NCBI GenBank assembly: GCA_964035545.1
Contig: OZ037773.1
Span: 1,889,751-1,953,750, forward strand
DNA length: 64,000 bases
Origin: Bugula neritina
Lineage: Eukaryota > Animalia > Bryozoa
Direction of reading: 5' to 3'
Shown here: one piece after another, positions 59,104-64,000 of the stretch
Numbering within the stretch: the first letter of the stretch is position 1
Layout: every line of letters begins with the position of its first letter
The notes under the pieces: model-generated
The model's input: only the letters and a program-made list of their open reading frames with translations
Told to the model about the DNA's origin: nothing
The model's database searches: none
Program-made: the position numbers and the translations under genes

Positions 59104-62100
59104 TTAAATTTTATCCAGCCCTGGAGTTGTAGTCACTTCATCTTCAAGGTCAACTGCTTCGGGTTGCTGTGAATAAAAAGTAATGTATAAAGTTAAGTGT
59201 TTGTGAAAATTCTAAGTTCATCAAACATACAGTAGTATGTATACTGTGTATATAAACAGACTAGAGAGAACATAGGGAGTGTGTAGTACCGTATTGCTAG
59301 CATGAATGTTGAGATTTAGACTTTACACTGATACTTCTAGTTATAGTATAGTTGTAGTAAGTCTAAGACTATACTGGGGCAAACCTAATCAAACAAAATC
59401 AATTTGGGTTGAATTTCCTGTGGGTTTCTGTTCTATTTAAGTCAATGAGCCAAATTGCTACGAGAATGCGTATCGATGATATATAAAGATGTGTAATAAA
59501 TTAAAGCAATGAAACTGTCAGCATACTTTAAAATTCACACTCTCAATATTGATCTCCAGAAGTTACAATGCCAGCATTACATATATAGAATAAACTTATC
59601 AAAGATTCTTGTTCATACAGCCACCACAATTACTTTGTAAGAAACAAACAATTAAAATGGTTTTATAAGTAGAAACACTCAAACTCTCACTTTTGAAAGT
59701 TGGTCTTTGCACCGTTTACATGTTGGTCTACATCCTTTGCCATTAGGATAGAATTCCTCCACATTCTGACAGTTAGGTCCTGGTCTTCCTTTTTTAGGAC
59801 ATGCTTTCCTCTTACACTTCTTTTTTGGCTGCAATGATTTAGTAATGTAGAAATAAGTTTACTCTCCTACAGCTACACTTCTTGCATTGAACTGTATGAG
59901 TTCTTTTTTGGCTATAAGGCTATCACTCGTACTTTAAGTTATAGTGTAAACCATTACATCACAGAGGCTGGTGGGTAAACTAAACACTACATATAGAAAC
60001 AACTGCATGAAACAAGCAGAGTATAAACTAAGAAAGCTACCTTCAGAATGATTGGATCCGCACACCTCTGACATTTTGGTTTACATCCCTCACCATTTGG
60101 AAAGTAATCTACTACTTTTTCACAGTTCTGTGGAATCTTTTTTTTCGGACATATTTTTCGTGTACATTTCTTCTTTGGAGGCTAAATACAAGTGGCATCA
60201 GAAATTAAACAATTTTGAAATAATCAAATCGCATGGTTATCTGAAAGCAAAACTTAATGGTTATCAGACAACAAAACTTATTGGTTGTCAGACAAGAAAA
60301 CTTATTGGTTAGTAGAAAATATTTAAGCAACAGAAAAAAAACAACTAACTTTAGGATCTTTACAGACTTTGCAAGCAGGAGCACACCTCTCTCCATTCGG
60401 GTAGTATGTCTCTACATTTTTACATTGGCTGCTGACTTTCTTTTTTGGGCAGGCTTTCCTTTGGCACTTTCTTTTTGGTGGCTACAAGTTGAATATAGTT
60501 ACCTTAGATTTATACTACACAACATGAAAAGAGTACCAAGTAGAAAGTACACTGCATGAAATGAATATACAAAATTTTTATGTCCATATGATTAACAATT
60601 ATTATAGGCACAAAGGGCACTTGTTTTTCATTTTATTATACAAGATCAATTTGTCAACCACAACTTAATTATATACTTTGATTTTTATTTCATTTCAGAA
60701 TACACAACTTAGGAGCTTACCTTAGTTGGAACAGGGTCTTTGCAGACGCTGCACTTGGGTTTACATCCTTGACCATTTGGATAGTAATCACCCACATTCT
60801 TACAATTTTTCGGAACTTTTTTTCTTGGACACATTTTTCTTGTGCATTTCTTCTTTGGAGGCTAAATTTGAACAGTTAGAGTGCAGAAAGTAAATTACTG
60901 TGGTGCATTGTATTTTATAAAGTAACACTTCAGTTGATTAGATGGCAACATGTCAATGCTTTGCCCTAAACCATCTGTACTGCATAACTATACCACCTGT
61001 ACTGTATGTCTATACTTTCTGTACTGTATGTCTATACCACCTGTACTGTATAACTATACCACCTGTACTGTATAACTATACCACCTGTATTGCAGTAAAA
61101 TTTCCTATCATAATCATTGAGCCTACCTTAGTTGGAACAGGATCCTTGCAGATCTTGCACTGGGGTCTACATCCTTGACCATTTGGGTAGTAATCAACCA
61201 CATTCTTACAGCTTTTAGGAACTTTCTTTCTTGGACATGCTTTCCTTGTGCATTTCTTTCGAGGAGTCTAAAATTTGGATTAGCCAGGTATGCAAAGCTG
61301 AAAAGTTCCTTCAATTGCAACAGCATTGTTTGCGGTTAATAGTAGTGATCTGAGATGTTTAGTATTATATATTGGTGAATGATAGGTGTGACAAGTGGTT
61401 ACTAGTTAGCATCAGCCAGAAATTATTAGTTATTAGTGCTATTAGGTACTGGGCCATGGTTAGAGCTGGTTAGTAGTTAGTAAACTCATGCATTACTAAT
61501 TGATACTAGTCATTATTAGTTAATGCTAATTAATATTAGTCAATACTGGTTAATAGTAGCAGTTATTCATTAGTAATATCGATAAATTGGGATAGCAGTA
61601 GTTGGAAAATGCCTATTTTTGCTAAAACTTATTCATTAGTATAAACTAACAATTCCTATTATGTTGACATGTTGCTAACCGTTTTTGTGGTGGTCAGCTT
61701 GGTGACCTTTGTGGTAGGCTTTTCCTTCATTTCTGTTGTGGTCTGTTCAGCAATTTCTGTGGTGGTTGTTTCAGAAATTTCTGTGGTAGTTTTGTCAGCC
61801 ATCTTGGTGGTGGTCGTTTCAGCCATAGATGTTTCAGCCATTTCTGTGGTGGTTTTGTCAGCCATCTCTGTGGTGGTTGTTTCAGCCATATCTGTAGTGG
61901 TTGTTTCAGCCATGGTCGTTTTAGCCATTTCTGTGGTAGTTTTGTCAGCAATCTTGGTGGTGGTTGTTTCAGCCATGGTTGTTTCAGCCATTTCTGTGGT
62001 GGTTTTGTCAGCCATTTCGGTGGTGGTCGCTACAGCCATGGTTGTTTCAGCCATTTCTGTGGTAGTTTTGTCAGCAATCTTGGTGGTGGTTGTTTCAGCC

Positions 62101-62605
62101 ATGGTTGTTTTAGCCATTTCTGTGGTGGTTTTGTCAACCATTTCGGTGGTGGTCGTTACAGCCATGGTTGTTTCAGCCATTTCTGTAGTAGTTTTGTCAG
62201 CAATCTTGGTGGTGGTTGTTTCAGCCATGGTTGTTTCAGCCATTTCTGTGGTGGTTTTGTCAGCCATTTTGGTGGTCGTCGTTACAGCCATGGTTGTTTC
62301 AGCCATTTTTGTGGTAGTTTTGTCAGCCATCTCTGTGGTGGTCGTTTCAGCCATTTCTGTGGTAGTTGTGTCAGCCATCTTGGTAGTGGTTGTTTCAGAC
62401 ACCTTTGCAGAGAGATTTTAGATTGAAAACATACGTTAACAAATAAATAAAATTCTAGTGTAACATGTTTAAGAAATACCACTACACTAAGCTGTTGTGG
62501 AAGCTAACCAACTGTATAAGTGGTGCAGAAAATTACTCTCACCTGAGAGACGCATCCTGCTATGATTGATAGACCAATCAGCAGTGTCCAATACTGTGAC
62601 TTCAT
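59104..62605 (-). CDS. Secreted protein, copy B (~510 aa): tandem paralogue of copy A with a 241-aa Thr-rich stalk and a truncated tail
   Basis: Exons 62605-62543 (same signal peptide), 62402-61680 (MAETTTTK/MADKTTTE repeats), 61267-61127, 60861-60721, 60481-60350, 60181-60041, 59828-59691, 59166-59104 (QPEAVDLEDEVTTTPGLDKI*). Its non-coding exon 1 would lie just beyond the window. Confidence 0.85.
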
Positions 62606-64000
62606 TTCCCCTCACAGGTTTTCTGCGGGATATACTGGTCAACCAGGAACTGTATAACGTAACGGAGCAAGTATGCATTGAGTGTGTAAACAATTTGAAG
62701 CTCATTAGATCTTAGCGAACTTTGTAATAATTATCTAACTAGTTGCCGATACTCCCTGCATATGCATTTACTATACATTTATATATCAATGCCAGGTGCA
62801 TGGTAAAATAAACTTATAATCACGGTATGTAATATAGTTTCTAAATGACGTCCTATATTATTTTCAACCATGCATGTCATATAACTTATAAGTCTACCTA
62901 TATACTATTTACTTCATGTCATATGCTAGCTACCCATTATTATATATTATTGTTTGATTTATGTTCTACAATTTCACGTTTATGTGTCTTATATATGTAA
63001 TTCTAGCTATAATAAATAATTTTTCACATATTACATATTATCTACTTAATGCTTATTGTATTGTCTCTTTAGTCTTATATATTGTATGTCAAATCCCATA
63101 TAATATTATTTCTTTAGTTTTATATATTACCTAATGCACTGTCATATAATATTATTGTATTAGTTTTATATATCATTATTGACCTAATGCTATATACTGT
63201 GTAATTATTTCACTCACCATTATATCTCAAAATTTTACTAGAACTAAATTAAAATGATGCAATAATCTTCATTTAAAATGCTAAGATTGAGTACAATGTG
63301 TGATGTACTGTGATACTATACTATAATTGTTTTAAACTTGTCAAACATTTTATTATGATTTTATTAATTGCAACAAAGTTAAAATAATAGAAAGTACTGA
63401 AACAGCATAAAATTACTTGCTAATCAGTATGTGAGTATGTGAACATGAATATGAAACATAATTGAACCTAGATATTGCTTTTACATATCATTATTATAGT
63501 TTATATTACAATGTATTGTATAATATTGCATAAAATATAACAGTATTGTATTATAATAATATATACCATGAAAGATACTACTCTTATTTAGCAGTGATAT
63601 AATTAAGCAATATGAAATGCATCGATAATATAAAGTAACTATAACTATATAATTATCATTGATACACTTTATATTGCCAAATTATATTATTGCTAAACAG
63701 GAGTAGCATCTTTTATATCAAAATATATTATTAAAATGTGAAATCAAAATATTTCATATAGCGACATTATACTTCTATAGAATATTTATATATTATATAT
63801 AATATATTACATATAACACTGCAATATATCACTATAGTATAAATTTCATATAACAAATGCTGCCCACAATGCGATACCAATATGATTAATATTATAATAC
63901 ATTATTATCATATTATTATACTACTACTACATATTGAAAATACAAAAAAATTATTTTATGATATTACTATGTTATAATATAATTATAAAACCTTGTTATT

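Noticed and set aside
61669-62421. Hydrophobic VVVSAI ORF resembling a multi-pass membrane protein (also 53772..54011)
   Set aside because: Antisense reading of the Thr-rich exon.

Overview
AT-rich, intron-rich animal DNA, probably from an invertebrate (inference from gene content and the invertebrate-type KLC motifs; the species cannot be determined). Most ORFs in the supplied track are artefacts of intronic minisatellites, so the gene models were built by hand from GT/AG junctions and reading-frame phase. From left to right: (1) the 3' ~23 exons of a large, largely disordered, unidentified protein with a 15x TERGDNI repeat and many TQT-like motifs (+, 1350-13432); (2) a short LPP/zyxin-family triple-LIM gene (-, 15725-18818); (3) kinesin light chain, transcribed divergently from it, with a pair of duplicated, probably mutually exclusive TPR exons and a 3.1-kb TIR element in one intron (+, 23752-34330); (4) a cluster of three minus-strand secreted-protein genes. 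These three share a 6-cysteine module I do not recognise, C-x4-C-x7/8-C-x12-C-x3-C-x2-C with an invariant PNG, present in 16 copies, each on its own phase-0 exon. One gene (36560-46510, ~900 aa) alternates the module with 6-Cys and 8-Cys WAP domains and ends in a very cationic 4-Cys tail. The other two (50063-54462 and 59104-62605) are a recent ~8-kb tandem duplicate pair: signal peptide, Thr-rich mucin-like stalk, five Lys/Arg-rich modules and an acidic tail of short exons that is decaying. This cluster is the best candidate for an undescribed system (extracellular defence, antiprotease or matrix proteins). The window also holds four tRNA-Thr-derived SINEs, several MITEs and many minisatellites.
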